From: Harriotta raleighana
Taxonomy: Eukaryota
DNA length: 64,000 nt
Assembly (NCBI GenBank): GCA_050575255.1
Contig: JBNZDD010013686.1
Location: 2,103,742 to 2,167,741 of the forward strand
Direction of reading: 5' to 3'
Shown: one piece after another, positions 22,036 through 34,985 of the stretch
How the letters are laid out: the number at the start of each line of letters is the position of its first letter
Numbering within the stretch: the stretch's first letter is position 1
Made by a program: the position numbers and the translations under genes
Notes under the pieces: model-generated
What the model was told of the DNA's origin: nothing
Database searches by the model: none
Seen by the model: the letters and a program-made list of their open reading frames with translations, nothing else

Positions 22036-24149
22036 TACAAATTTGCTCTGGCAAATTTACTGGCAGGTCTGCATTACTTTGGCTTTAGTAAAGTGAAGCA
22101 TAATTGTTCACAAATGCACAAATCTGCTAAATGTCAGTTGAAATTTTAGATTATTAAAGAATTGGAGTCCTTCTTATTCTGTATGCATTTCTTAAGAATT
22201 TTAAGAGCAATCCATCAGGAATTCATCGACTCGTGTTTAAGATTTTTTAGTTTAAAAGTTCCATTTACGCCTAATATAGCAACAGTCCACAGATGTACTA
22301 TGCAGTAACTATTGGAAAGCCTAAGTCATGTGAAACTGACTCTCTGAGGTGTCCTAGGCTTCTGAAACTGGAGTTACACTGGAATTACTTTCCAGTTTGG
22401 GTACACTTGACGGGAAAATTCATAAACTGCACCATTAAATGTCTTAACTAAACATATTTGGTTTTAGATGATAAATGTTACTACTCCTGTAACCTCACAT
22501 TAACATTTTGGTGGAGGTGTGCATGGTGAAGATGGTATCGCTGTTTAAAGACAGTATGGTGCCACAGAAGGAGACTAAAGAAATGTAAAGAACTGTGATG
22601 CATGGAGTCCAGCTTTACAGAGGGTGATGAATTTGTAGCTGCAGGCAACTGCCCACGTTTCTGTCAGATTCTTTTGTCAAGTAGACACTGTTAAGAACTT
22701 TAATTGAGTTACAAGCATTTAGCTGATCAGTCACAGAATTAATTCAGCCAGCAGGCTTTCTAAAAACTTTGTTCTATCTCAATCCAATAAAATGTTTGAT
22801 TGATTGATGTGCAGAGCTGACAGTGGGTAACTACTCATTACCAAGACTTTGCACAGTGCTTGACCCATCCGTGCAGTGCAGATTCCAAGGCATTTGTTCT
22901 GAAGTTAGAACAAACCAATGGGGCTCAAAATTTAATGAACTGTAGACTATGTTCAAGAGAACAGAAACGGTGCCACTGTAATGGGAACCTGAAACCAGAG
23001 ATTGAATTTGGTTTGCTTGTAGCAACTTTCTGTTATCAGAAATGCCAGACCTATATTGCAACCTGGCAGATGTAAATAGTACACCCATTAATGGTACAAA
23101 CAGACATGCAGGTAGCTTCAAGGTTTGGCAATTTCAATTGGGGAAATAATTTACTTATGAATAATTAATGAACAATTATAATGAATTCCCTAATTATTGA
23201 CATTTATACACTATACCGACAAATTGCCAATACATATTGTATATTGCATTCATTACCATCCACATACCACAGAATAAAGTACCTCATACAGTGCCCTCAT
23301 TGACAGTTGGCTCTATCTAATGATGCTGCTCTCATTCCAAACCTTAAATTTTAGTTGAATTGTGTATTTATTTGGATTTCCTAATTACACAATATTGGGA
23401 ATATGTATAATATCTTAGTATATTTGCCAGATAGGAGGGAGATTTTTGCTTTGCACAGTGTAGGACATTAATGTTATTCTCAGAAAACTGAACTTATTCC
23501 TGAACTGGCAAAGGAATAGACAGAATGCAATTTTTAAATGCAATTTAGTTGCTAGATGGCCTTTTCTGTCACTAAAGATCATTATAAATTGTCATGGTGG
23601 ACTTGGCCAATCAAGGTTAGTTGTTCGAGACCCCAGAAGATAATCTTGTTGGAGAAGACCTGCAGTGTAGACTTGTACTCAGTTTCCATGGCACCTCTCT
23701 TTAGTGCTTTTTGGCTGATTTATAAAAACGTCATAACAGCACTTACCTCTGGGCTGTCTTTGTGAGATTCCCTCCCATGTGCCGGAACTGATTGTCTAAC
23801 GAAATCACCATTGTTCTGGTGAAAAAGAGGGATTCATGCAAAGGCACTCTAAATGTAAAAGTCTGTACTTTGTTACATGCTCAAGCCATTGAGAAGGTGT
23901 ATCAGAGGCAGAAGAGTCTTACTCCTGTTGTTTTGTTGTTCTCTGAAATGCATGAAGTCTTAAATTCTATCCTGGAGCCTTGAAAACAAAACCAAGTTTT
24001 AGAAGAGGGAAAGGAAAATTAACCACTGTTTAATTTCTTTATCTATGATGACCATTTAATGAACTTACATTTTATTATATAAAAAAACTAGCTACTTGTG
24101 ATGAAGGTATTTCTACTACTGACTTGGAGAATTCTGTCTCAGAAAAAGT

Positions 24150-24272
24150 ATCATAATAATAATTATCCTTACATTTGGAATAGAACCTTTCACATCATGA
24201 GGATGTTCCTAAAGTGCTTCACAGGATATACTGGAAAACATGTTGACTGTGTTTTTTTTGTGGGCGAACATA
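24150..24272 (-). mobile_element. Young SINE tail fragment
   Basis: AATAATAATTATCCTTACATTTG...AAAGTGCTTCACAGGATATACTG. Confidence 0.7.
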
Positions 24273-25589
24273 ATGGTTCAGGATTAGTTGAGGCGACAGA
24301 ATTTCCATTGTAGACTCTTCACAACCTTTATGAATTACAAAAGATCTATCTCTTTACAGCAGTACAGCCTCAGCCTACATAAAGGGTACAAAGCACTTAG
24401 AATCCACACCAATTCATAACAGAACTTACTGAACATTGAAACACACATAACCCCATAGCAGAGCTGTTCTGATCTTCTGTAAACTCCCAACATTATGGTG
24501 GTAAAACATATGTTTAGCTGTGGAGGCAAAAGGCCCAGAGGTCTTGTACTTTAGCTAAAATTATCCTACAGTCATAACATTATTTCACATTTTTATTGGG
24601 TGCCTTATTTTTTATAGCTACTCTGGTGGCTCTGAAATATGCAACATGTTTTGATAGAATCGGCTAAGGAATAGAAAACTTAATTTGGCAAACATTTACT
24701 CCATATTTAACTTTTTGGGAATACTGTATATTTGTTTCTTCTGGGTAATTTTTTTAAAATCCTACAAATAAAAGTTTAATTAATGATGGCATCTGCCCAT
24801 AGAGTGTTAAATTCATTCTACGTGGAAATTAACAGCCATGGAAGACATCGTTGGTTGAAAGCAGTAGTTAGTTATCTGTTTCTAGTATACATCTGTAGAC
24901 ATTTAATGTTGCATTGTATATCTTGGCAGAGAAACCAGCTGTCAGCATTATTCTGCTCTGTTTATGAGAAATTCGATTCCACATATGGTCAAACACTGCT
25001 TCCACAGAACTGCACATAGAATGCATGTTGAACTCTCAAGTCAGGAGCATCTTTGAAGTGATATTATTTCCTTTAATTTAAAAATTTTAATTCTAAATAT
25101 ATTCTATGCATTCTTGAAAATGGACAGTTAGCTAATAAAAGTGACATTTTCAGATTTTTTCATTTAATGACATATCCTGTCGACCAAATATCCATCTTCC
25201 ATGAGGATTAAATAGGTGATACTCAGAGGATAATTATGTACCATACGTTTACAAGACACCAGGGTTCTGTCATACACAATGCACTCTGGATCTCACCATT
25301 CTAAAGTTAAGGAAAAAGCTATGTTTGATTCCTGAAAGCAAAACTGTTTGATTTCAATAGCAATATAAATAGCAGTGGTACCAAACCCTTTGAATGTACA
25401 AACACGGCGGGCTTTATGGCAGTTCCTAAATTATTCTGCTGTTAGAAATTATTATTCAAAAATTCGATGAACACCCTCAATGCCTTGTAAAATGTCACTA
25501 TGCAGAAAGATCCACTTGTGTGCATCTTTGATGCGTGCAAACATCTGGTGTGTGCAACTTTACTTAACGTCTTCATTTTCTTGCCATAA

Positions 25590-26250
25590 TTTATAGTCAT
25601 CCCATAGAATATGGAGAACATGGAACAATCAGTTTCATGAGCCATGCTGGGAACGTGCTGCTAGAAATCATACTGGAAAGGATAAAAAGAAAGCTGGATT
25701 GTGAAGTAAGTAACGAATGGTTTGGTATTAGAAGTGGGAAATGGAAATGAAGTTGTGAAAAATATTTGATTTGAGAATGATCTGAGCAGGCAAGAGGATT
25801 GAAGAGAGAAGGGTATCTCCATTTTTTTTCACAGATCATAACAACATGCTTGACAGGGTGAAACACAAAAGATTAATAGATATTCTGCAATATGTTAGAA
25901 TTGTTGGGAAATGACATGAGATGTATTAGGAGGCTTTATTAGAAACAAAAGCAGCAGCAAGACTTAATAACGAGATAACAAAATGGACAAAGATCAAAAG
26001 AAAAATAAAACAAGGATACATTGTCATCAAATCTTTTTAACCCATTGTGGAATTTATTATGAGAGTCAGCCTGAATAACGTAGAGGCTGTTTTCTAAGAT
26101 CAATGAGAAAAACGATGAACGATCACAAAGATATTATAGGAGATGTGAGAAGGTAAACCAGAAGCTTTTGAATGTGCATTTAAAACTAAATGCTGAGAAG
26201 AGAAAGACAGTAGAAAGAGGATAATGCAAAAAACTGAACTTAGTGTGAAA
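25590..26250 (+). mobile_element. Decayed RTE-clade LINE reverse-transcriptase fragment
   Basis: Frameshifted translation TISFMSHAGNVLLEIILERIKRKLDCEVSNEWFGIRSG...DRVKHKRLIDIL...RRLY.KQKAAARLNNEITKWTKIKRKIKQG matches the RTE pattern RTISL.SHASK.LL...QFGFR.G...FDRV.H...LY..Q.A.VR...I.RGVRQG. Confidence 0.75.
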
Positions 26251-26449
26251 AATATGCAATAAAGCAAAATACATTTTAGTTGAAATTTTTTCTCAGGTTG
26301 GAATTGCAGCTCTGAGTGACATTCAAAAATGACTAGACTAATGGAGGAGGAACACCATTTTTGGTTGGGCCCAAATAAAGCGTATTGGTTTATAAAGAGC
26401 TCAATTTTGGAAGGAAGTCATGTGCTTAATGACAAAATGACCAGACTGA

Positions 26450-26790
26450 TCCTCAGAGTAGATAGCAGGAGACTGTTTCCCCTGGTTGGAGAAACTATAA
26501 CCAGGGGTCACAGTCTTAACATTAGGAGTTAGCCCTTTTGCCCTGAGTTGAGGAAAAACTTCTTCATTCAGAGGGTAGTGAATTTATGGAATTCTCTATC
26601 CCAAAGGGCTGTAGATGCTCAGTCCTGGAATATAAATAGATTTCTTGTGGATAAAGCGATTAAGGAATGTGGAGTTAAGGAGAGTGGGTGGAATTAGACT
26701 AGAAGATCAGCCATGATCTTATTGAATGGCAGGGCAGGCTCGAGGGGCCAAATGGCCTACTCCTGCTCCTAATTCTTATGTTCTTATGTT
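26450..26790 (+). mobile_element. CR1-clade (HER1-like) LINE 3' end
   Basis: RVDSRRLFPLVGETITRGHSL...FFIQRVVNLWNSL, then GATCAGCCATGATCTTATTGAATGG...GGCCTACTCCTGCTCCT and a (TTCTTATG)n tail. Confidence 0.9.
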
Positions 26791-27539
26791 CAGAGTGCGA
26801 TTGGACAATCTTTATCATACTCTATACAGGTCACACAATGCTCTGAGCCACTATCTTGCCTGAAGGGCGCTATGTGAATGTTGTTGTCACATATTTCCAA
26901 TTTATCAGTTTATATTCGCCTATATTAAAATCCTTAAAACCATCTCCTTACATTCATCTATACTGTATTCCATTTGTGGAACAGATCTGCTGTGGATCCA
27001 ACCACTGATGGTTGCGAACAAAGTCGCATCTAAACCAAGTGACTCAATGAGTCAAGTTCTACAGCTTCATTTGAGCAGGAGGTTTTGAACCAAACCTCTA
27101 AAGACAGTGCTGCCTGTTTCTCAGAATGAAATAATTGACGCTATTTCTGCTGCCTTCTAGCAGCATGAAAGAATGCAGCACTCAGTGTTTCATACATTGT
27201 GTTGTTAAACTGTAGGTAAATTTATTGGAGTCAGAGGGACTCAGGGTTTCCAGACATCAGTTGCTTCTGCTTTTGTGCTATTGGCTGAACAATATAAATT
27301 GCATCTTAGATAACAGTGATTAGAACACTAAGGATACAATTTGCAATTTGTTGGTGCAGTTTGCATGTGTGCTATTTTTGGAGGAGCAGCAGTTTGAAGG
27401 TGGTGGCCGCAGTAAAAAGAAGTTTTCCTTTTTAGAGTACTGCTAATAACTGCTATTGAAGCACATAAAAGGAGATTTTGGATAAGACACTGAGTAGACA
27501 AAACAGTTTACATTAAGGTGGATGGTGCCTTGCTTCACA

Positions 27540-27755
27540 ATCTTTACTTTCTCCCTCCCTTACCTCCTCAAGGCATGTCCCAAGACGCTCCTCTTCGACC
27601 GCGCCTTCGGCACCCTCCTGCACTCCAGATCCTCCAACCTTCTTTACTCCAACTCCCCAACCCCACCTCGGATCCAAATACATGACACTGCAATGCCTTG
27701 GGAAATCCTCCCGATGTGAAAGGCACTATACAAATGCAATTTAGTATGGTATTAT
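27540..27755 (+). mobile_element. L2 3' UTR and tail
   Basis: CCCAAGACGCTCCTCTTCGACCGCGCCTTC...GCCTTGGGAAATCCTCCCGATGTGAAAGGCACTATACAAATGCAATTT. Confidence 0.8.
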
Positions 27756-29264
27756 TGTCTATTGTTTACCATTTTTCACAATATTTGACCTTTTAGGGAA
27801 AACATACCTAAACCAACATTGACAGAGTCTATTGAGCCACTCATATTGATTACAATGTGAAACAGCAGATATAGGGGAGGCAAGTAAGTGGCCCTGCATC
27901 TTACCTGGTACTCACTCCATGCAGCCTTTTCTTTCTGGTACATCCTCAGACATTCATAAAACTGGTGGCACAGGAAAAAAATAAATGAGTGGAGTTTATA
28001 TTTAGCTTTAGCTCAGCTCTGTGCTGTGGCTGCACAATGTAGAATCTAGCTTGTCAACATCCAGATGCAGCTCAGTACATAATAGATCTGGCTATTTGCA
28101 TGTGCCAGTGTTAAACAAAATCAACTTTTATTTGCCTTGGAGTGAAAAGAATCCGCATTTATGATAAAAGTTGAGAGTCGTTTCGTTTAAATATGCACTG
28201 TGTAGAGATGTTTAGATGAGGAGAGTTTACCAATTGAGTTATGTTTGAGTGGAAGTAATATATATGACAATTAGACAGTTTTATTTGTTTTATGTCTTCT
28301 TCATCTGTTGATATCAAACCACATTCCCCCTTTTTTCTCACAAGGAAAGAAAAGTTTTGTCAGCACTCCTGTTTTCTTTGGTGCTTTCTTTCCCTCAGAA
28401 GTCCATTTTTCTTTTATCCTAATCCCAGTCATGCATGAGGGAACAGTTGCGCTCAGTTGTTGTCTGTTCTGCTAGTTTTGAATCAGTTGGGTTTCGTCTT
28501 TGTTCTTTTTCTGAACAGACTAAGGTGAAGGAGAATGAGCCACAATGGCATGCACTCTAAAGAAGAGATGCAGTATGTATTTGAAGATCTAAACTATTGA
28601 TGATTATTTCTTACCCTCTTTCATGCCTAATGATTCATAGCCTTTTCAGTTAGCCTATGCTGCAGCACTATTTATTTAAATATTTCTTTGAATTTGGGTT
28701 AATTGTTTTCCCTCCTTTTTAGCTTTTTGGCTCAGTCACATAAGTCCTTTCAGCTTTCAGCCAGGTGAATGTTATGGCCTCTACTTGTAGAGTTGTAGCA
28801 AGGGCGAAATGTGTACACAAGGGCAAATAAAGAGTGGTCAATCAGGGAGATATTGTAGTACCCTAACTAAGCAGAAGCAGAATGTAGCATTTTATTTTGG
28901 TTGTTAACATTATATTGAAACAATATTGTTTTGACTAAAATCACCAATCAGATACAGTCAATGGTTTGATATACTTGTAGAGTATACTTATTCCTTGGTT
29001 AGTGTAGGGCTGTCTTCATAACTCAGATGTTACTCATAAAGTTAAGTCATTTTTCCCACTATCCCTTTCCCAACCCTGGAGGAATAGAGCATGATTCTTT
29101 CCATAATACTGCGGAGTCTGAATTCAGAAGTATTTCACAAGTGTGGTAGAGTGCTGGGAATTAAACCCATAACCACATTAAGCTGTTCCTACCCATTTGA
29201 GAGTTGAACGTTGATACTGGAAATCTGGGTTCCCATTGCAGTTTTGACGAACATTTGAACTTGA

Positions 29265-29278
29265 CTGCCATCTAGGGT
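29265..29278 (-). promoter_or_regulatory. CTCF-like motif, reverse orientation
   Basis: The minus strand reads ACCCTAGATGGCAG, with two mismatches to the consensus. Confidence 0.3.
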
Positions 29279-29937
29279 AAATATCTACATCTTGTTGACT
29301 TTTAGGATGAAGTGGTGGAGCACTCCATATGGGACAGGGATAATCAGTCAAACTGCCATAGAACCAGACAAATGGCAGCTGTGAAAAAGTTGTACATTTT
29401 TACTCTCTTGATTAAAAGGGAACATCATTAAGTAAATTAGAACTCAGAAGTTTTACTGTAGTTCTATATCAAAGCCACAAAAGGATTTGTTTTCCTTTAC
29501 AAGTTGCATTGAGTGTACAATGTGTCATTCAAATTCTCTGATAGTGAAGAATACACTATCGCTGTTAGCAATCTCCACATGGTTTTTCAAAAAGTGATCA
29601 TGGACATGAAACTTTTTAAAATTTTGTGGCCATGTCCAAGCAAGTCTTTACAACCACAGCAACAGCTTGCACTTATATTTCTCCCCTTCATGCAGGATAA
29701 CACCTTCAAGCACTTCACAGTGGTGGAGTTGAATGCCAAGCAAAAGAGGAGGAGGAGGAGACCATATGCCTGATTGAAGAGGAAATTCTTAAGGTTTCTC
29801 TTTATTTTACTTTATCTTTTCTACTTTTTTTTCTGCATAGCTAACAGTAATACTGAAACAATATAGGTCAGAGGCTGTAATTGTACTGCACTATGGACGT
29901 CAGATCAGGAGAGGCTGTACTATCCTTTCCACAATTC

Positions 29938-30135
29938 CCAACTGTTTGTAGGACGCTGCTGTGTGCAACTGGCTGCTGCGTTTCACCCACAGGTATACAG
30001 TAAATTCACTTTACAGTACAATCTGTGAAGTGCTTTGAGACGACTAGAAGATGTGAAATATCAAATATAGTATATCAATTTATATTTATATAAATAAATC
30101 CTTGCTATAACAAATGCAAGGATTATTATTATTAC
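29938..30135 (+). mobile_element. Young SINE, 3' half, with an AT-rich insert
   Basis: ACTGTTTGTAGGACGCTGCTGTGTGCAACTGGCTGC...CAAATGCAAGGATTATTATT. Confidence 0.85.
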
Positions 30136-30459
30136 AATTCTATGAAATCAAATGTAATCTCAAGAAAAAACGATTCTTTGAATTGCAGTTAAATATTTAG
30201 AGAATTTTTAAATGTTCTGGACTCTGAGCAACATACTCCCTACATTGAACCAGATCTTTAATGTTATTTGTAACTTTAACACACCGATTTCCTCATCTAT
30301 TCAATTAAGCTTAGCTCACAACTTCAACATTCTGTTTTAAGGTTACAGGCGTGATGCAGTGAGAACCTAGAAGTATAAATCCAGCTTTCTGTTCCATATC
30401 ACTCTACTGATGGAAACGACACCGCTTTACATCCAGCAGTATGAACAAAGCATAACACT

Positions 30460-30790
30460 ATGCCTTAATAGACTCGGAAGTTACAGTTTCAATTTGTGTT
30501 CTGTGCTGAATTAGCTATATGTAGTCATATGTGGGTCCTGGGAATACCACAAAAATAATCTTGGTCTTCATGGGATCAAAAGGGAAAACATTAGTCTATG
30601 TTCCTGCTACTGGTAATTATCCAGTGACACCTGTCAAAGGATAATTGAATGGACGTCAGATGAGGAGAGCTTAGGGCCTGGCTATACTGTCTGCATGGTC
30701 CGATGACGTTCACTGTCTCAACTCACAAAGAAGAATGATTACTTTGGTAAGGTTTTGGAGAGCTTGCATCACCTGGAAACAGTCCTCCTT
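30460..30790 (+). mobile_element. Ancient SINE, AmnSINE2-like
   Basis: TCTGTGCTGAATTAGCT...GTTCCTGCTACTGGTAATTATCCAGTGACACCTG...TGGACGTCAGATGAGGA...TCACTGTCTCAACTCACAAAGAAGAATG. Homologous to the copies near 57.3, 61.4 and 62.0 kb; the family name comes from a recalled consensus. Confidence 0.6.
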
Positions 30791-31344
30791 GAGTTATTAG
30801 CTTGAGAAGTGGAGGAGAAAAGGAAGCAAATTGCAGGCACAATGTGATTTTGACGTTGACGAAATGTGCGCTATGTGGTATTACTTGGACATGCACAACA
30901 AATAAATGTGGTAAATTCATCCTCACACTTTATGTACAGTTGCTGCAAAACTTGCTATTTTTAAAGGAAGTAAACCATCATCACAATTTAGAAAATATGC
31001 TGATTTATAGGACGAATATTTTTGATGACCGTGTTCTACCAATGAGTATTAAATTGAGTTGTTCTCTTATTCCTTATCCCCAAGCTGTTTTATTATAGCT
31101 TTCTTCCCCATATCCTGCTGGTTTAATTTTGCTCCTTGTTTACTTTGTAAGTTCATTGGAACAGTCGCATTGCACAAGGTTACAGAATTGCACAGAGAAT
31201 CATCATCAAATAGAACCGTCTAATAATAGAAATGCTACAACTACTCATTCCTGTTTAGTTACTTATTGTAAGATCAACATATCCTTGTCTTTCTTCTTCA
31301 GAGTTAAATCTGGCTATTTTAGTACAATGTATTTGCCTTTGCTT

Positions 31345-31358
31345 GTTGCTATGGTGAT
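31345..31358. promoter_or_regulatory. RFX X-box-like motif
   Basis: GTTGCTATGGTGAT. Confidence 0.35.
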
Positions 31359-34300
31359 GCAATCCTGACACCTACCCAGACATTGCCTATGAAGTTTTTG
31401 AAACTATTTTTAATTTATTTTTTTCAGCTCCACTCCTTCTTCACATAAAGTATTTTCCCCCTTTGTTTGACAATTGATTTATAGCAAGTTGCTGTCATTT
31501 GAATAGATGTTCGTTTTGCAATTCCTCCTATCTTTATTCTGCAAAAGAAAAAAAAGCCCATACATACTCTGTTCAAAGAGTTAGTTATTGTTGCTGGCTG
31601 AATTTCTACTCTCTGTGGTTGTCTGGCCTAATTAAAAGTAATTCAGAGTACTCAGTGGGAGAAATGCATAGCTCACCAGGAAATTATGATAGCAAAAGTC
31701 TTCCTGTAGAGCTATGCACTTGGCACTACAAAGTGCCATGAGTTGCAGTTACCTGAATGGTGTTGAATTAGACCAGACAACCGCATCATCCCAGTTCTTA
31801 ATCTATTAGAGCGATACACAAGTGGCAATTGTTGATTGGAAGGATGGGATTAAGTGCCCCTTCAAGGAACTTGATTTGCCTCTGGGACCAAAAAGAGGAA
31901 AAGAAGCTCAGCTTGAGTCACACAACCAGAAAGGACAAGAATGGTTTCTCCTCTACACATTAAGACAAAAGCAATCCCACGTTTCCTCAGGGTGGGTATA
32001 CAGGTGAGTTTTTTTTAGAAAAACAAACAAATGCACCAAAAAGTAATTAGAAAACTGAATTACATTCAACCACTAGTTTAGCCCATTTAAAAGAAGAAAA
32101 AGAAATGTATGTAGCTAGTCAGTCAGCCTGACTGAGGCTGTGCTTTTGTAGGTAGGATCACAGTGCTGGTAGCACTTGTTAGGAGTACTTGTGAATCAAT
32201 CGATGAGTATTTTTAATGATAATTTGTGAATTCATTGTTAATTGGTTGTGTCAGATCCATTCAATATTTCAGGTTTAATGATGTCACAACAGATTTTTCC
32301 CTTTCTTTGGGATTTGCTGTGTGTCATTGTTTAAAATCTGTTTCCCTTGCTTGACTGTTCTGACTCTGAACTGGTTGATTCAGCTGTTGCCAGCTAAGCC
32401 CCACAGAAGAGAACAATGGCATCAGATCTGCCTTTTATAGTTTATTGGAAACTGCTGGTCCGCACTACAGATTTGGTCAGTGATTAACCGTAGTGAAAAC
32501 AAACTACACAAGGCAGAGGTGATGTTGGAGGAGGAATGAACCCATTTTATTAACAGCTTTACGAGGAAACCTCTTTAGAGATTGCTCAAAACTTTTCTTT
32601 TAGGTCTACGTTAATCATGTCTCTCTTTTCAGTGCAGCTTACTACGTAGCAAGATGTCTTCTTTGCACCACGATGATTTTGAAGATAAATTATATATTAA
32701 AAATAACTTCATGAATTATGTGCACAAGAAAGGGAATATTGTATTATATACCAGAGCAATTTACCAATTCTGTCGTACTTAACAGCTGGATACTTCAATT
32801 GTTGCTTCAGGGTATCAAAAGATTTGATTGATTTTCTTGGGTTATCAAGTTGAATATTTTTCAGATTCCCCTTTTTCCCCCATTTTGGATTCTTTCACAT
32901 CTTGTCTTGATCTTGTTTGCAAGATTCCCCACAAACAGGAGAGGGAAAAAAGAGTATAAACAGCATGTTCCTCGATGGTTTTGACACTCGTGGTGTGTCA
33001 GGAACCAAACGGTTAAAAAATCTAATAAAAATTTCTCTTTCAAAATCTGACATAGTTAAGGGTGACGACCATCACAGTTAACCAGTGGAAGTTCACCTTC
33101 GCAATCAGTGGTGAATGAGCACAAACCAATCAGTATAAGCACACATCAGCTCTGTAACTCTTCCACGTTTGGCAATAAAAGCGTCTACTTTGTGGTTGGT
33201 TTGCTGGTATTTTTCTTTCATACCTGCATCACAGATTGGCACAGATAATCATATAGTCTCGATTTCAGAAGCCCCACAAGAAGCCAAATTACAAAAACTG
33301 AAAGGCAGCAATTTATACTCTAGGGTAGAGAAAACCTTGGTATGAATGAACCTGGGAATGTTTTAAAATTTCTAGCATTCAACACGTGAAAACCTGGAGT
33401 CAGCGCTGTGGTGTCACTATATATTACAGCAACAATGTGTAGCTCTTCAATTGGCTCAACAGAGGTTTGATTCGCTGCTCCGCTGAGTTTTTAATCTCAA
33501 TGCTGTTGGGGAGGGCAGGGGGTGAGGGGATGCTGAGTAGAGGATGGGGGATGGGAGAGAAAATCAAATGCTGACTTTTCAATAGACTGTGATCACGTGC
33601 CTTCTCACACAGCCAGCTTGTGCCTGGTTTCTACTACTAGAAGTAAAGTGATATTGAGAGCAATTGAGTAATTCAGAGTGGGGGAGTCGCAATTATAATT
33701 CTTGTTCCCAGTCGCTCCACCCCAGGGACTGAGGAGATCTCTGCAAATTAAACTCAGTGCATTTGGAGAGCTGCTGATGGGGTGTACCTTTTAATTTGAA
33801 TAAAGAATCAGTCCTGCTTAAAATAAATATATTCCTTTGTACTCCGATGGTGCAAATTGGTGTCCAACTGAAATCACCTCCTTGAGGTGGTTATGGCAAT
33901 CAGTCTTCAGTGTGATCGCTTTAGGCCAGATTTTTTTTATCGTGAAAGGCGCTTTACAAATGTAATGTTGTTGTTATTGGATCTTTTTTCATAATGACTC
34001 TTTTTTTTGCTAACTTGGGTTTAAAAATATGGGAGGCACACAACAGGAGTGGAATATTGGGAGTGATATGACCAAAGGCTGACACATATTAGCTTTAGCT
34101 ACTCCAACTCTCACTATTCCTACCTCTCACATACAGGAATGAGAATCGTTGTGCAGGAATTTCATAAGTTGTTATGCCTTTAAAGGCTAAAAGGAGGAAC
34201 TCTTACAACTTTATGCAGCTGAGAAGGTACAGTAAGCGCCTGTTGAAAAAAGATCCTGACTTAGCTTGTCACTGCCACTTAAGTAGCTATGCTGTCAATA

Positions 34301-34509
34301 TCTCGGCTGCTGCCCATATGGAATGTTAATGGCGGACTTCACTTTACTTTTCACTTTGCTTAACATGTAACTAGTCACATTTTAGAAATTCTTATAGTGT
34401 AAAATTGGTTGGATAACTTGCATTGCAGAGACAGCATTCTGTGACTGGTGCGAGTTCTTGGTGGAGATTGGGCATTTATGCTCGGATATATTTCAGGAGG
34501 TCACCTCCA

Positions 34510-34985
34510 ATACAACAATCAAAATCAATCAAAATTACATTTATATAGCGCCTTTCACATCGGGAGGACGTCCGAACAACACCAGCGAATTACATTTGTA
34601 TAGCACCTTTCAACAACGACAACAACAAAATTACATTTATAGAGTGTCTTTCTCATCGGGAGGATGTCCCAAGATGCTGGACAATCAGGGATTTGGACCC
34701 AAGTCTGGGATTGGAATCGGGAGGGGTAGAGGGGCGGGAAGGTAGTAGTCGGAGGGTGACTGAAGGCACAGTTGAGGAGGAGGGTCTTAAGATGTGCCTT
34801 GAAGGAGCAAAGGGGGAGAGCAAGGCAAAGGGACTATGGGACAGAGTTCCAGAGACTGAAGGGCTGGCTGCCGATGGTGCGGCATGTTGGATGGGGGAAG
34901 TAGAGCAGGCTTGCTGAGTGGAGGGAGCGGATAGGTTGATGTGGCCAATAGACCAGAGGCCTCTACGATGCATCTGAGCAAGTGT
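34510..34985 (-). mobile_element. L2 3' end with three stacked tail copies
   Basis: AATTACATTT(A/G)TA.AG recurs three times in 34530-34680, upstream of an L2 3' UTR similar to those at 4.5 kb and 21 kb. Confidence 0.8.
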
